Source: a virus (Duplodnaviria; Caudoviricetes). From it: DNA of 64,000 nt. The notes beneath the pieces were generated by a model, which had not been told where the DNA came from, made no database searches, and saw nothing but the letters and a program-made list of their open reading frames with translations. Where the stretch lies: IMG/VR virus record IMGVR_UViG_3300048881_000780; one strand, 5' to 3'. The translations under genes and the position numbers were made by a program. Positions 10,199 to 19,809 of this stretch are shown in pieces (within the stretch, counting starts at the first letter, position 1; every line of letters starts with the position of its first letter).

Positions 10199-13100
10199 TC
10201 TTATAACCAGTTTTTCTAAATGAGTTAATTTTCCCAAGTATTTCTTCATAGTGAGAATTAATCTCTGAAACTTTAGAAAATCCAATCTCTGCTTTTATGT
10301 TGAAAATTTCATTGCTTAAATTTTCATCCGGAGATGTTTCAAATCTAGATTCAAGCTTTTTTAAGGTTTTGAGCTTTTGAATCCTCTCATCTCTTTTTTC
10401 ACTTAAATAATCTAGTAATTCATGATCATCTTGATAAACTTCCCTATTGAATACCTTTTCTATAGACTCAAGATAATCTAAACCTCTGACCTTATAAAAG
10501 AATTCACATATGTCATATCCAGTGTTATTAAAATTTGAGACTATCTTATGTGCTTTATCGTCTACTCTTAAGTGTGACATCAATTTGTGATCATCTTTAA
10601 ATAACCACTCTTTTGCAAATATATATACAGCATCTTCTTTTAGCATCTTCATATTCTTCTCTAGATACTTCTTAATGAAATTATCAGACTTATCTGAAGA
10701 ACTTATCGCAATTTCAGTTGAACACATTACGTTTTGCAGTAGAACACACTTTTCTTTTTCTGATTCTTTTACCTTAGAGAGAAGAAAGAAGTTATTAAAT
10801 ACTTTCTTATTCTTAGAAAATGGATCTCTTCTGAGTCCAACCTTAGTTAAAGCATGTGCAGACGATGGAGTTAGCTCGAAGTAACTAGCTATTCTCTTTC
10901 TATCATTGGCATCCGCAACTCCAGCTATAAAGAATTGAGTAATTAGACCCAAGATCGCATCACCTTGAGTGGGGGAAATTCTTTGAAGATCAAAGAGATT
11001 TTGACTCGCTAATCCTAAGATTGCCTGATACTTTCTTGCAATTCTTACGAACTCCTCTAAGAACGGAAGGAGACCTCCATCCATTGTCTTATGAATCTCA
11101 TCGGCCATAATAAATCTTTTCTTATCTTGATTATAGTAAGTGTCCCTTGATATGATTTTCATAATGATGATCGTATACAATTTTTCTAGTGCCGGATCTT
11201 CTTCTAGTCCATAGAGGTCAAATAAAATTGCTCTATTGCTAGTATCGATATCCCCTCTTTTAGTATCAAAACTATCGTATACGCCACCTCTTTTTACAGA
11301 GTACCTAGATAGCTTTCTAATTAATGATTCAACTGCATTGGTCGCACCACGTTTTCTTGCCTGAGCTTCAATTGTGTCTATAACATCGGAAATAATAGGA
11401 AAGCCATCATCAACTCTCTCGTATGTTTCTTTAATAAAGTAAGCTATCTCATCTCTATCAAATAATCTAAATCCATCCAAACCATTGTCTGGATTACTAC
11501 TTAGAAATATTTCAAATATCTTAAGAATGAAATTTTCACCATTTAGGTTTGGAATGACTTCACCAGGCAATAGATCTAGCTGTTCGATATGATCTGCGCC
11601 GTTTTCAACTTCAAAAATCTCATTAAAGATTTCTACCTTGGCATCTCTAGTTAGATTAGTTTCTAAAAGTGAAAACTTATTATAGTAGGCCTCGATATAA
11701 AGATCGACTTCTCTTTCTTCCTCATCAAGTTTTCTTTCTATTTTATGATAAACTTCTCTTTCCTCTCTTAATAGATTATCTAGTGAAGTTACCTTTACTC
11801 TAAGTAAGTCTTTTTCCACGTCTGACTTAACTTCACTAATTTCTCTTTCAAGTACTCTAATTTCATTCTCTAATTCTGATACTCTTTTAAATTTTGATGA
11901 ATACTCCTCGTAGGTATCAAAGAGATGTCCAAATCTATCTGGAAAAATATTCATTAGATATTTTCTAATTTTCATCTTTTTTTCTTTCTTTGGTCTTTGA
12001 GTTAAATCATCTAAACTAAGGGGATTAAATTTTGGTTTTTGAACACCATTGAATTTAATAATTTGCCCACCCATCATTTCAATACGAGTAAAGAATGATC
12101 CAGCAGGACCAGCATAATCTATCCCTCTAACTAAAATACTGTCTAAATTCCCAGTTTTTAAGACTGTTTCTTCCATAAAGGAGATAACTTTATTTAGTAA
12201 AATCGATTTACCACTACCCATTGGGCCAGTACAATACATACTCCATGAAGATAGTGAAGGTGAAAGGCTATCGTAAGGGAATATAGTTCCCTCTTCTGAG
12301 TAGAAGTGGTTAATATAACCATGATCATCAACAGATCTTTGCTCCCAAATTGGAAACATTGTTACACAAGCATCTACCAGTTGGATAAAGTAGTCATACA
12401 TCTTTGAATGAATAGAAAATTGTCCAAATGCTAAATCACAAAATAATGGATATTGGCCATATCTAACCGCTCTCCATTTAGAATTACAAAATTTTGAAAA
12501 GAAATTACTTTCTAAGAAATAGTCCATTTTTTTAACATAATCTTTTGTAGTTAAATTCTCTCTTTTTGCATTCTTTCTTAAATTTCCATTAGATATTCTA
12601 ATATTCATGAATGCTGTCATTTTAACGACACCATTTCTAGAGAGTGCTGTTTCATGGAAATTTTCCTCAACAGTCTCTAACTCTTTCTGCTTTCTAGGAT
12701 CATCTTCTAGCTCTTTTTCATCCCCTGCAACAAAGCGAGCCCATCTCTTAGCATTTTTCATTTCTTTGAAGCCCTCTTCATTATCCATATTTCTAAAGAC
12801 AATATGATAATCAAGCTCAAATGGGGCCTTTAGAATATCCTTAATCTCTCCACCAGTAATCTCTTCATTACTTTCAATTTCATCAATTTGATAAATTCTG
12901 TTGAAGTAATTTTCCATATTAATTCCAAATGGAACCTCTTTTACGTTAAGACCATCTAATATCTGCTCTCTTAAAGAAGTATCTTCAGATCTTCCATCTG
13001 GCTTAATATCAAAGCTTTTTAAACTACTTGTATTTTGCCTGAAGTATTGAACGAATAAGTTAGATAAGTTAACTCTCCCTTCTATTTCTTCAATTCCAAT

Positions 13101-13685
13101 ACCTACAGAAGTAAGACTCTGTTTCATTACTCCCGCAAATTCATTAACAGTTCGTGCTCTATCAACGACTCCTTCAAACTTCTTTGATAAAAAAGAAGTA
13201 TCTGTAGTTTTTTTAATAAATTGCTCTAATCTCTTATAACTAGACTTCACTTTTTCTTTAAAAGGTTGTTTATCAAATTTAGGATAAATATTTACAGATA
13301 GATAAATTTCGATATCGTAACACTCACCATCCTCTCTTAATTTGTTATAGAATGCTCTTGACGCTTTGGCCTCCATTGAAGCAATCACTGGAAGAGCTGG
13401 AAGTTCCTTTGCCTTCTTTTTAAAAAAGGAAGTTGTTACCGTGATATCCCTTGGTGCACCTGAAAATAATTCACTAAGAGCTTTAAATACATTTGCATAA
13501 TCTGAGTCAATAAAGGTAGAAGAATCTATACCCTGCAATTTAAAAATTTTAGCAATTGATCCATCATCATTTATGATAAACCATCCCTGCTGGTCAATTT
13601 GAACAATATCTCTTAACCCTAGATGGGAAAAGTTATTAGATTCAAAATCTAAATACCTTTTTTGATTATTTATACTCTTTTTCAT
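10191..13685 (-). CDS. virB4: VirB4/TraC-family type IV secretion ATPase
   Basis: GPMGSGKS Walker A, FNPL, ILFDL, IMADEIH Walker B, ARKYQAILGLASQ; located after pilin-like and VirB3-like genes. Confidence 0.88.
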   Translation of the reverse strand: MKKSINNQKRYLDFESNNFSHLGLRDIVQIDQQGWFIINDDGSIAKIFKLQGIDSSTFIDSDYANVFKALSELFSGAPRDITVTTSFFKKKAKELPALPVIASMEAKASRAFYNKLREDGECYDIEIYLSVNIYPKFDKQPFKEKVKSSYKRLEQFIKKTTDTSFLSKKFEGVVDRARTVNEFAGVMKQSLTSVGIGIEEIEGRVNLSNLFVQYFRQNTSSLKSFDIKPDGRSEDTSLREQILDGLNVKEVPFGINMENYFNRIYQIDEIESNEEITGGEIKDILKAPFELDYHIVFRNMDNEEGFKEMKNAKRWARFVAGDEKELEDDPRKQKELETVEENFHETALSRNGVVKMTAFMNIRISNGNLRKNAKRENLTTKDYVKKMDYFLESNFFSKFCNSKWRAVRYGQYPLFCDLAFGQFSIHSKMYDYFIQLVDACVTMFPIWEQRSVDDHGYINHFYSEEGTIFPYDSLSPSLSSWSMYCTGPMGSGKSILLNKVISFMEETVLKTGNLDSILVRGIDYAGPAGSFFTRIEMMGGQIIKFNGVQKPKFNPLSLDDLTQRPKKEKKMKIRKYLMNIFPDRFGHLFDTYEEYSSKFKRVSELENEIRVLEREISEVKSDVEKDLLRVKVTSLDNLLREEREVYHKIERKLDEEEREVDLYIEAYYNKFSLLETNLTRDAKVEIFNEIFEVENGADHIEQLDLLPGEVIPNLNGENFILKIFEIFLSSNPDNGLDGFRLFDRDEIAYFIKETYERVDDGFPIISDVIDTIEAQARKRGATNAVESLIRKLSRYSVKRGGVYDSFDTKRGDIDTSNRAILFDLYGLEEDPALEKLYTIIIMKIISRDTYYNQDKKRFIMADEIHKTMDGGLLPFLEEFVRIARKYQAILGLASQNLFDLQRISPTQGDAILGLITQFFIAGVADANDRKRIASYFELTPSSAHALTKVGLRRDPFSKNKKVFNNFFLLSKVKESEKEKCVLLQNVMCSTEIAISSSDKSDNFIKKYLEKNMKMLKEDAVYIFAKEWLFKDDHKLMSHLRVDDKAHKIVSNFNNTGYDICEFFYKVRGLDYLESIEKVFNREVYQDDHELLDYLSEKRDERIQKLKTLKKLESRFETSPDENLSNEIFNIKAEIGFSKVSEINSHYEEILGKINSFRKTGYKSA

Positions 13686-14497
13686 TATTTCATTCCTATT
13701 AATTTAAAAATAATCTTCTCACACTCACTCTTACTAACTTTCATAACACTTAGCGAATGATCACTAATTCCAACCGAACCTGGAATAAAGTTACTTAAAA
13801 AAGGAGAGCCAAAATCTACGAGACTCTGATGTAGAGACCAATTTGGTAAAATATTTTTAAATAGATAATTTTTAAATACATATTGAGTGTATCTTTCGAA
13901 TAAATCATCCGGACTTAAGTCAAAGATTTTCAAATCTTCCATCATTTTAAATTTATCTTCAACTAGACATAAGTTAACTGAGATATAAAATTCTTCTTGC
14001 TCTTTTTTTAAGTTAATTAATTTAAGCATCTTTTTTGGAATTACTTTTTCATTGTCTATATTAATTAAGCTAGAATCCATCCTAAAGAATGTGTATAAAT
14101 CATCACCATGAAAGAACCAATTATTATAGGATTTGATATTTTTAAAATCCAGGCCATTTGATAGTAATAAATCTCTTACTTCGCTAAAAGTGATTGACTC
14201 TAAATTAAGATCTTTTTGCAGAACCTTTAAGTTTTCTATATCTTGCTCGAGCTCATCAGAATTAATTCTCTCTTCTAACATTCTCTTTATAAGTTTCTTT
14301 TTAGGATAAAACTTTGAAAGACTAATTATAGAACAATCATTAACATTAAAGATGTGCACTTCTACCCATGGTGGTAATTGTTCTAAATTTTCAGCAATCA
14401 ACTCACCGTGAACAAGAAAGAATGTTGACACTCTGTCGTCAAATAAAGTTATATCTTCTCTTTCTTTAACTATGTTTAATGATAAAAAATTATCCAT
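13685..14497 (-). CDS. Hypothetical protein resembling a degenerate VirB4 N-terminal domain
   Basis: Translationally coupled between VirB3-like and VirB4; weak by-eye similarity to the VirB4 N-terminus. Confidence 0.6.
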   Translation of the reverse strand: MDNFLSLNIVKEREDITLFDDRVSTFFLVHGELIAENLEQLPPWVEVHIFNVNDCSIISLSKFYPKKKLIKRMLEERINSDELEQDIENLKVLQKDLNLESITFSEVRDLLLSNGLDFKNIKSYNNWFFHGDDLYTFFRMDSSLINIDNEKVIPKKMLKLINLKKEQEEFYISVNLCLVEDKFKMMEDLKIFDLSPDDLFERYTQYVFKNYLFKNILPNWSLHQSLVDFGSPFLSNFIPGSVGISDHSLSVMKVSKSECEKIIFKLIGMK

Positions 14498-14850
14498 TAT
14501 TCACCCTTAACCTTGTCGAATTCATCCCAGCCATCAATATTTGCTTTAGGTGACTCTGTCCACCAGGCCACATCTTTTAGACTATCCAATTCTTGAATAT
14601 TTCTTACGTGATATGTATCGACAGAATGTGAGTTTAAAAATGTTCTTCTTAAGCTATAAAATATTCTTCTAATTTCAGTTCTTGGATTTTGAGAAAACAT
14701 AAAGTATAGAACGATGACCGTTGGCCCCATATACCAAAAGTAATTATCAAAGAAATAGGCCTCTAAAATTAGAACGATTAGTGAAACGGGAAAGAATACA
14801 GGTGATACTGTATTTTTAAGTTTTGACTTAACTTGCATGAATCGAATCAT
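14497..14850 (-). CDS. VirB3/TraL-like membrane protein
   Basis: 117 aa, two TM helices, position between pilin and VirB4. Confidence 0.55.
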   Translation of the reverse strand: MIRFMQVKSKLKNTVSPVFFPVSLIVLILEAYFFDNYFWYMGPTVIVLYFMFSQNPRTEIRRIFYSLRRTFLNSHSVDTYHVRNIQELDSLKDVAWWTESPKANIDGWDEFDKVKGE

Positions 14851-14938
14851 TTTAAACTCCTATATATATATTTTAAATTATTAAGGAGTGGTTCTTAAAA
14901 ATGATTCAATATAAGAGGGCCTAACGGCCCACTTTATA

Positions 14939-15235
14939 TTAGCTAAATACGCCTTTAATCATATTAATCAGAAGCTCTGGTTTGAAGTATAAACCAACGC
15001 AAAGAGCGATACCTAGAATCTTAACTACAGGATTTGTAACCTTTAGATCTTTATCTAGGGCCTCCTGAACGATTCTTCCAAATAGCGCACCACCAATTAG
15101 AGCAAATACGAATTTAAATAATCCTTTACCCTTTGTTGCTGCATCTCCAATCATTTGTCCAAAAGAAGCAAATGCAGGATGTGTTAATAAGAATGCCGCT
15201 AGTGCAATTTGTAGGTGTGTAATCTTTTTTAACAT
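14939..15235 (-). CDS. VirB2/TrbC-like pilin
   Basis: Start after GGAG SD at 15235; leader ending PAFA, then two hydrophobic helices; 98 aa; upstream of VirB3/VirB4. Confidence 0.65.
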   Translation of the reverse strand: MLKKITHLQIALAAFLLTHPAFASFGQMIGDAATKGKGLFKFVFALIGGALFGRIVQEALDKDLKVTNPVVKILGIALCVGLYFKPELLINMIKGVFS

Positions 15236-15338
15236 TATAGTCTCCATATTTTTTATTCTTATGTATTCTTTATAAATTTTTTGGAGTAATAATTTATAAA
15301 AAGAGGAGACGATAAAAGTGGAGAGTAAGATACCGGAA

Positions 15339-16073
15339 TTACTTAAGAAATCTAAAGTAAATGGCCCTAAAGAAACCAGGTGGGTGACGATAAGAACAAA
15401 AAGGTGTTCCATTTCTAATACTGTCGGCCATATCAACAGAAGAGTGCATAATGTCGCTTAAATATATTGGAAGTGCGTAAATTAAAAATTCATTTTTCCA
15501 AAAGAATTCTTTTTCACTAAAATCAAAAGAGATGATCATTTCACTTAAGTAAGTTAGTTTTACTCTGACATACTCAAGATCTACACCAATACTCTTTTCT
15601 ATAATTAAACTTAAAACGAGAGAAATAAATAGTAAGTACAGGGTCCTTACCCATACACCAATCACAGGCCAGTGTGATATCCCTCTGTGAGTTACTAAAT
15701 ACGTAAAAGGTGCCCAAGTGTAGTACCAAACTCTATTTATGATAAGAAAGAATAACATTGGAAAGCTTCTTACATGTGGGCCAAATAGCATGATTAATAG
15801 GTTTCTACCAATTGGCATCAGATGTCCCAGATCAAAACTTAGAGCATTCCAAAGCTTTTGACCCAATGGAAAATACTTTTTACCTGGTCTATTCCCTCTA
15901 ACATCTAAATCAGGTTGAAAGAAGGTAGAACAAAATAAGTAGATACCTACAAAGATTAATCCCTCTTTTAAAGAAGGAGTCATCCATTTGAAAGAAATAT
16001 AGCAGTACACTCCAATTATTAGAGGAGTGGCCATGGCATTAAACTTAACATTATCTGTATAGGTATTCTTCAT
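15339..16073 (-). CDS. Membrane-bound metal-binding protein (DUF2227-like)
   Basis: PDLD, HRGISHWPVIG, H..D motifs with TM helices. Confidence 0.75.
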   Translation of the reverse strand: MKNTYTDNVKFNAMATPLIIGVYCYISFKWMTPSLKEGLIFVGIYLFCSTFFQPDLDVRGNRPGKKYFPLGQKLWNALSFDLGHLMPIGRNLLIMLFGPHVRSFPMLFFLIINRVWYYTWAPFTYLVTHRGISHWPVIGVWVRTLYLLFISLVLSLIIEKSIGVDLEYVRVKLTYLSEMIISFDFSEKEFFWKNEFLIYALPIYLSDIMHSSVDMADSIRNGTPFCSYRHPPGFFRAIYFRFLK

Positions 16074-16083
16074 TGCCTATATT

Positions 16084-16100
16084 TTAACACAACGTGTTAT
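16084..16100. promoter_or_regulatory. Palindromic operator copy (TTAACACAACGTGTTAT)
   Basis: Near-perfect palindrome overlapping minus-strand TAAAAT. Confidence 0.75.
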
Positions 16101-16330
16101 GGTTTAAATTTCTTAATTATGGATTAATAAATATATTAGTTAGTAAATATGAACCAAAAAGTAGCCAAGCATTGGATTTGACAATCGATATCCCTTCTCA
16201 ATATCCCACTGGAGTTTTTTTGAATGTAAGGTATTAATTATATTACTTGTAGTCTTTGGAATTAGATTTATGGTAACAAGTTTACGGTAATAGTGTTACC
16301 GCAACAATATCCATCATTTCGAATACTTAA

Positions 16331-16972
16331 CTATCGCCCCTTGGATTTTTCTGTTAATCTACATAGAAAACTAGGATCCTTTTCCATTGCGTAATATGCA
16401 AACAAGAAGGCATCGTTTAAATCATCGGTAATGAAACTCATACCTGTTATATGCCTAACAACTGCCTCTAATTGTTCTTTACTAGCGTGACCATTGCCCG
16501 AAACCAATTTCTTTAAAGTCGTTGGTGTATATCCGTAAATATCCATATTTAGATCGTTCATGGCATTCTCGAGTCCCCCGAAGGCCCTAGATATACTCAT
16601 TAACTTATTTGTAGAGCCAGTACTTGGTAATTCAATGATTCCATACGTTAGTTTATTTTTAATTTTATCCTTTAAAAACTTATAGAGATACTCGCCCATC
16701 ATCTCTCCTCTTAGCGAGGACGATAATTTAGACTTACTCTCAGCTGGCAATATTCTGCGTTTCTTTTTAGCTGGTATCTCATCAATGCTAAAGGGCTCTT
16801 CCTTTCCGAGTCTATAGTGAGAGACTTTTAGATATTCCCCCTTTTTCTTTGAGTTTTTAAATTCAAACTGAAGACCTAGAATATCATTTCCTTCAATAAT
16901 ACAAACCCCGCCCTTAACTACAGAGATATCTAATCCAATTGTTAATTTAGAGGCTTTCTTTTTCTTGATCAT
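16331..16972 (-). CDS. ruvC: RuvC-like Holliday junction resolvase
   Basis: IGLDIS, IIELP, PTTLKKLVSGNGHASKE, DDLNDA motifs. Confidence 0.8.
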   Translation of the reverse strand: MIKKKKASKLTIGLDISVVKGGVCIIEGNDILGLQFEFKNSKKKGEYLKVSHYRLGKEEPFSIDEIPAKKKRRILPAESKSKLSSSLRGEMMGEYLYKFLKDKIKNKLTYGIIELPSTGSTNKLMSISRAFGGLENAMNDLNMDIYGYTPTTLKKLVSGNGHASKEQLEAVVRHITGMSFITDDLNDAFLFAYYAMEKDPSFLCRLTEKSKGR

Positions 16973-17007
16973 AATTTAATATATACCACATCGCGTTAAA
17001 ATACAAT

Positions 17008-17033
17008 AAAAAAGGGTCAGCATATACTGACCC
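17008..17033 (-). terminator. Rho-independent terminator
   Basis: GGGTCAG-loop-CTGACCC then U-tract on minus strand, downstream of 17059..19002. Confidence 0.75.
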
Positions 17034-17058
17034 ATTTATTAAATTTCAATAGCTTAAA

Positions 17059-19002
17059 TTAAGGATTATTAAAAAGAGCACTTGCTCCAGTAACATCATT
17101 TGACTCACCAATCACACCTTTATAGTCTTTATCATCTGTAGGATACCCAGTTCCTTTATTTAAAAGAAAGAATCCTCTAGATGCTGGAATAATCTTTGTG
17201 TAATCATTACTAGTTATATCAACATCTATCCCAGTCTCTACAACAATATGCCCCTGAGTCCCCTCTCCATATCTCCAAAACCCAAGTGAATCAGCAATCA
17301 TAAAACTACCTTTATAGTAACCATACTCTTTTTTCATTGCTTTCATTTGTTGGATTCCAATTACTGCTTGTGATGAAAAATCGTGAGACCCACCATATGA
17401 TGCCATACCAAAAGTCATTGCATCTCCAAGATCACTTTTAACCATGTAGGCACCACCGTTAGCAATAAGGCCATCTAGATTTCCAGCAACCGTGAGAATC
17501 CTCGTTGAAACGTTTGAAAACTCTTGAGACCAAGTTCCTTTACAATCAATTGTTCCAGAAGTTGTAATAATACAAGTTGAGTGTCCTGCCGAGGCCAGAT
17601 GAGCAACATCACTCCTGCCATTAAAATTATATTGATTAGCTGTAGTCGCAACTACGTTATTACCCGTTTTAAAGTGAGCTCCATCTGATGTTTGAGTAAA
17701 TTGCTCTACACCTGGACCAGTTAAAACTTCGTTCCCAAAAGCATTAGGTGCCCAAGTTAAGTAAGATTTATCATCAAACTCAATAACTGGATAAAGCTCG
17801 GAGCCACAATGAACGTCAGTAATAGATCTACCATTACTAACATGATTAGAGATAAATGTTCCAGAAGCTTGATAATTAAGATTACTAGTTTTACTTTTCT
17901 TTGCTCTTATTTGACTAGAGTTGGCAACCATTACGAGTTCACCACCACAAATCATAGTGGCTCCAATACCACTTAAATGAGCATCCTCTAAAACAATTGT
18001 CGCTCCACTAGTGCTAGACATATCAATTCTAAAAACTTTTCCATTTGAACCCAGAGCAAAAACGCCATCGTTCTTTAATCTAACAATATCTAAAATTGAA
18101 GGAAGTGCATTAGAGTTAATATCTTCACTAATTAAATTGTATGTTCCAAGAGCTCCAGATCCTCCAGGTATTCTCCAGTGAATTTGACCAGTATTATTTA
18201 ACTTAACTAGAGTTGAATTAACTCCAACCATCTTTTTTAAGTCACTTGTATCTGCCGCAATTGCCTGTGAACCAAATGCACTATAAGATCTTGGAGAACC
18301 TTCTGTCTCTCTGTAAGAAAGAATAGAAACTGTTCCAAATGTATCGTACTCATATTGTTCAAATGTCTCAGATCCACTACCCTGATCTCCTGATCCACCT
18401 TGGTCACCGCCAGCATCTTCAATAACTGCTGAAGTTGAAGATTTTGTAATTGTCACACTTCCACTAGGAGTACCGTCAACTAAAATCTCTAGAATACCAT
18501 CTTGACTTGCTCCAACTAGAGCATATCTATCAACAACAGGAAGTGATTGAGTATCAATCTCCGCTGTTACTGAACCATTACCGCTAACAGGAAGTTTAAC
18601 CCATTGAGAAATTCCAACTGGTAATTCAAGAGTTACTCCTGACTCGACACTTGCTGAAACTCCAGGGAAGATAAAAGCGAAAATAACACCTTGGATATTT
18701 TCATAAACAATAGACTCTTTCTTTGGTGCAGTAGGAAGGATTTCTGCTTGGTGATTCTCTCCAACAAGAGAGAAGCTTAAAAATTGAGATAATCTGACCG
18801 GAACTGAAAGCTCTGAATTTCCAAGTAAGGCAGAGCTTCCCAGCAAAACTTGACCACTTTCTAATAGTCTAATTTCATGAACTTTTTCTACAACTTCTCG
18901 TCTCTCGATATTATTATCAGGATTTTGTTGATCAACCATATTCTTTGAGCAACCAGACAAAAATAGAGTACTAAGTAAAATGAGGGCAAGTTTATTTTTC
19001 AT
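17059..19002 (-). CDS. Large lipoprotein with RCC1-like beta-propeller region
   Basis: LSGC lipobox; SAGHSTCIITTSGTIDCKG and G.AMTFG..SYGG RCC1-like repeats; Gly/Ser linker. Confidence 0.7.
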   Translation of the reverse strand: MKNKLALILLSTLFLSGCSKNMVDQQNPDNNIERREVVEKVHEIRLLESGQVLLGSSALLGNSELSVPVRLSQFLSFSLVGENHQAEILPTAPKKESIVYENIQGVIFAFIFPGVSASVESGVTLELPVGISQWVKLPVSGNGSVTAEIDTQSLPVVDRYALVGASQDGILEILVDGTPSGSVTITKSSTSAVIEDAGGDQGGSGDQGSGSETFEQYEYDTFGTVSILSYRETEGSPRSYSAFGSQAIAADTSDLKKMVGVNSTLVKLNNTGQIHWRIPGGSGALGTYNLISEDINSNALPSILDIVRLKNDGVFALGSNGKVFRIDMSSTSGATIVLEDAHLSGIGATMICGGELVMVANSSQIRAKKSKTSNLNYQASGTFISNHVSNGRSITDVHCGSELYPVIEFDDKSYLTWAPNAFGNEVLTGPGVEQFTQTSDGAHFKTGNNVVATTANQYNFNGRSDVAHLASAGHSTCIITTSGTIDCKGTWSQEFSNVSTRILTVAGNLDGLIANGGAYMVKSDLGDAMTFGMASYGGSHDFSSQAVIGIQQMKAMKKEYGYYKGSFMIADSLGFWRYGEGTQGHIVVETGIDVDITSNDYTKIIPASRGFFLLNKGTGYPTDDKDYKGVIGESNDVTGASALFNNP

Positions 19003-19055
19003 TATATCTCCTTAATTTAACTAATACTTCCATTATAAGGAAATTACATGAAAAA

Positions 19056-19367
19056 TTACTGAACACCACCTAGAAACTCATCTCTATTGCAAACCCATTT
19101 ATAAGATGATTTTCCTTCAAATTTTACTAAATTCAACTTTTCACTAAAATATGATTCAATAAGTTTCATATGAGTGGCACCACAACTTCTACAAGTTTCA
19201 AGCTCTGTTGCACCCATACAGTGTTCGCATAGATATACTTCAAAGAAATCGTCAGAATTCTCTAACTCTTCCTCTAATTTTTTAGATACTTCTTCATTTG
19301 AGTTTAACTCATTAATTAGAGCTTCTCTCTGTTCTTTGTTCGCCTTTTGAAACTTTTGTAGCATCAT
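19056..19367 (-). CDS. Hypothetical zinc-ribbon protein
   Basis: CEHC...CRSC; likely start after GGAGAG SD. Confidence 0.65.
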   Translation of the reverse strand: MMLQKFQKANKEQREALINELNSNEEVSKKLEEELENSDDFFEVYLCEHCMGATELETCRSCGATHMKLIESYFSEKLNLVKFEGKSSYKWVCNRDEFLGGVQ

Positions 19368-19746
19368 CTTTACTCTCCCTGTCAAATGCCATAAAAACAA
19401 TATTGCTTTCATCACACTTATCGTTTTCTGCGATCTTACGTAGATAGAATTCTGTAAACTCTATAACTTCCGTAGCAAATTCAGGTCGAAGATTAAATGT
19501 AGTCTCGTCAAGATTGGAGAATAACTCTCCTAGATTTTTTAAATAAGTGATTTCTGACAACTCAAGATTCTTTTTTGATACCACTGTTTTAATTGTTAAA
19601 AGTAGTAAATTTCTAATGGATTTAAAATTTCTATCATTAACACATAACTGATACTGAGCGGCCAACATTCGATAATCCATAAATAACTCCTTATTCTTAT
19701 TATATTTATAAATAAGTGGGAATATCTCACCTGAGTGCCTTTTCAT
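19312..19746 (-). CDS. Hypothetical protein
   Basis: 144-aa ORF. Confidence 0.6.
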   Translation of the reverse strand: MKRHSGEIFPLIYKYNKNKELFMDYRMLAAQYQLCVNDRNFKSIRNLLLLTIKTVVSKKNLELSEITYLKNLGELFSNLDETTFNLRPEFATEVIEFTEFYLRKIAENDKCDESNIVFMAFDRESKDDATKVSKGEQRTERSSN

Positions 19747-19754
19747 TGCATTTT

Positions 19755-19771
19755 ATAACGTACTGTGTTAA
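19755..19771. promoter_or_regulatory. Palindromic operator copy (ATAACGTACTGTGTTAA)
   Basis: In divergent intergenic gap before the RecE-like gene. Confidence 0.7.
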
Positions 19772-19809
19772 TATTTAGATGTATTAATTTAATAAAAGGA
19801 TGTAAATTA

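Noticed and set aside
14939-15436. 165-aa annotation of the pilin ORF
   Set aside because: The upstream extension overlaps the DUF2227-like gene; SD and signal peptide support a start at 15235.
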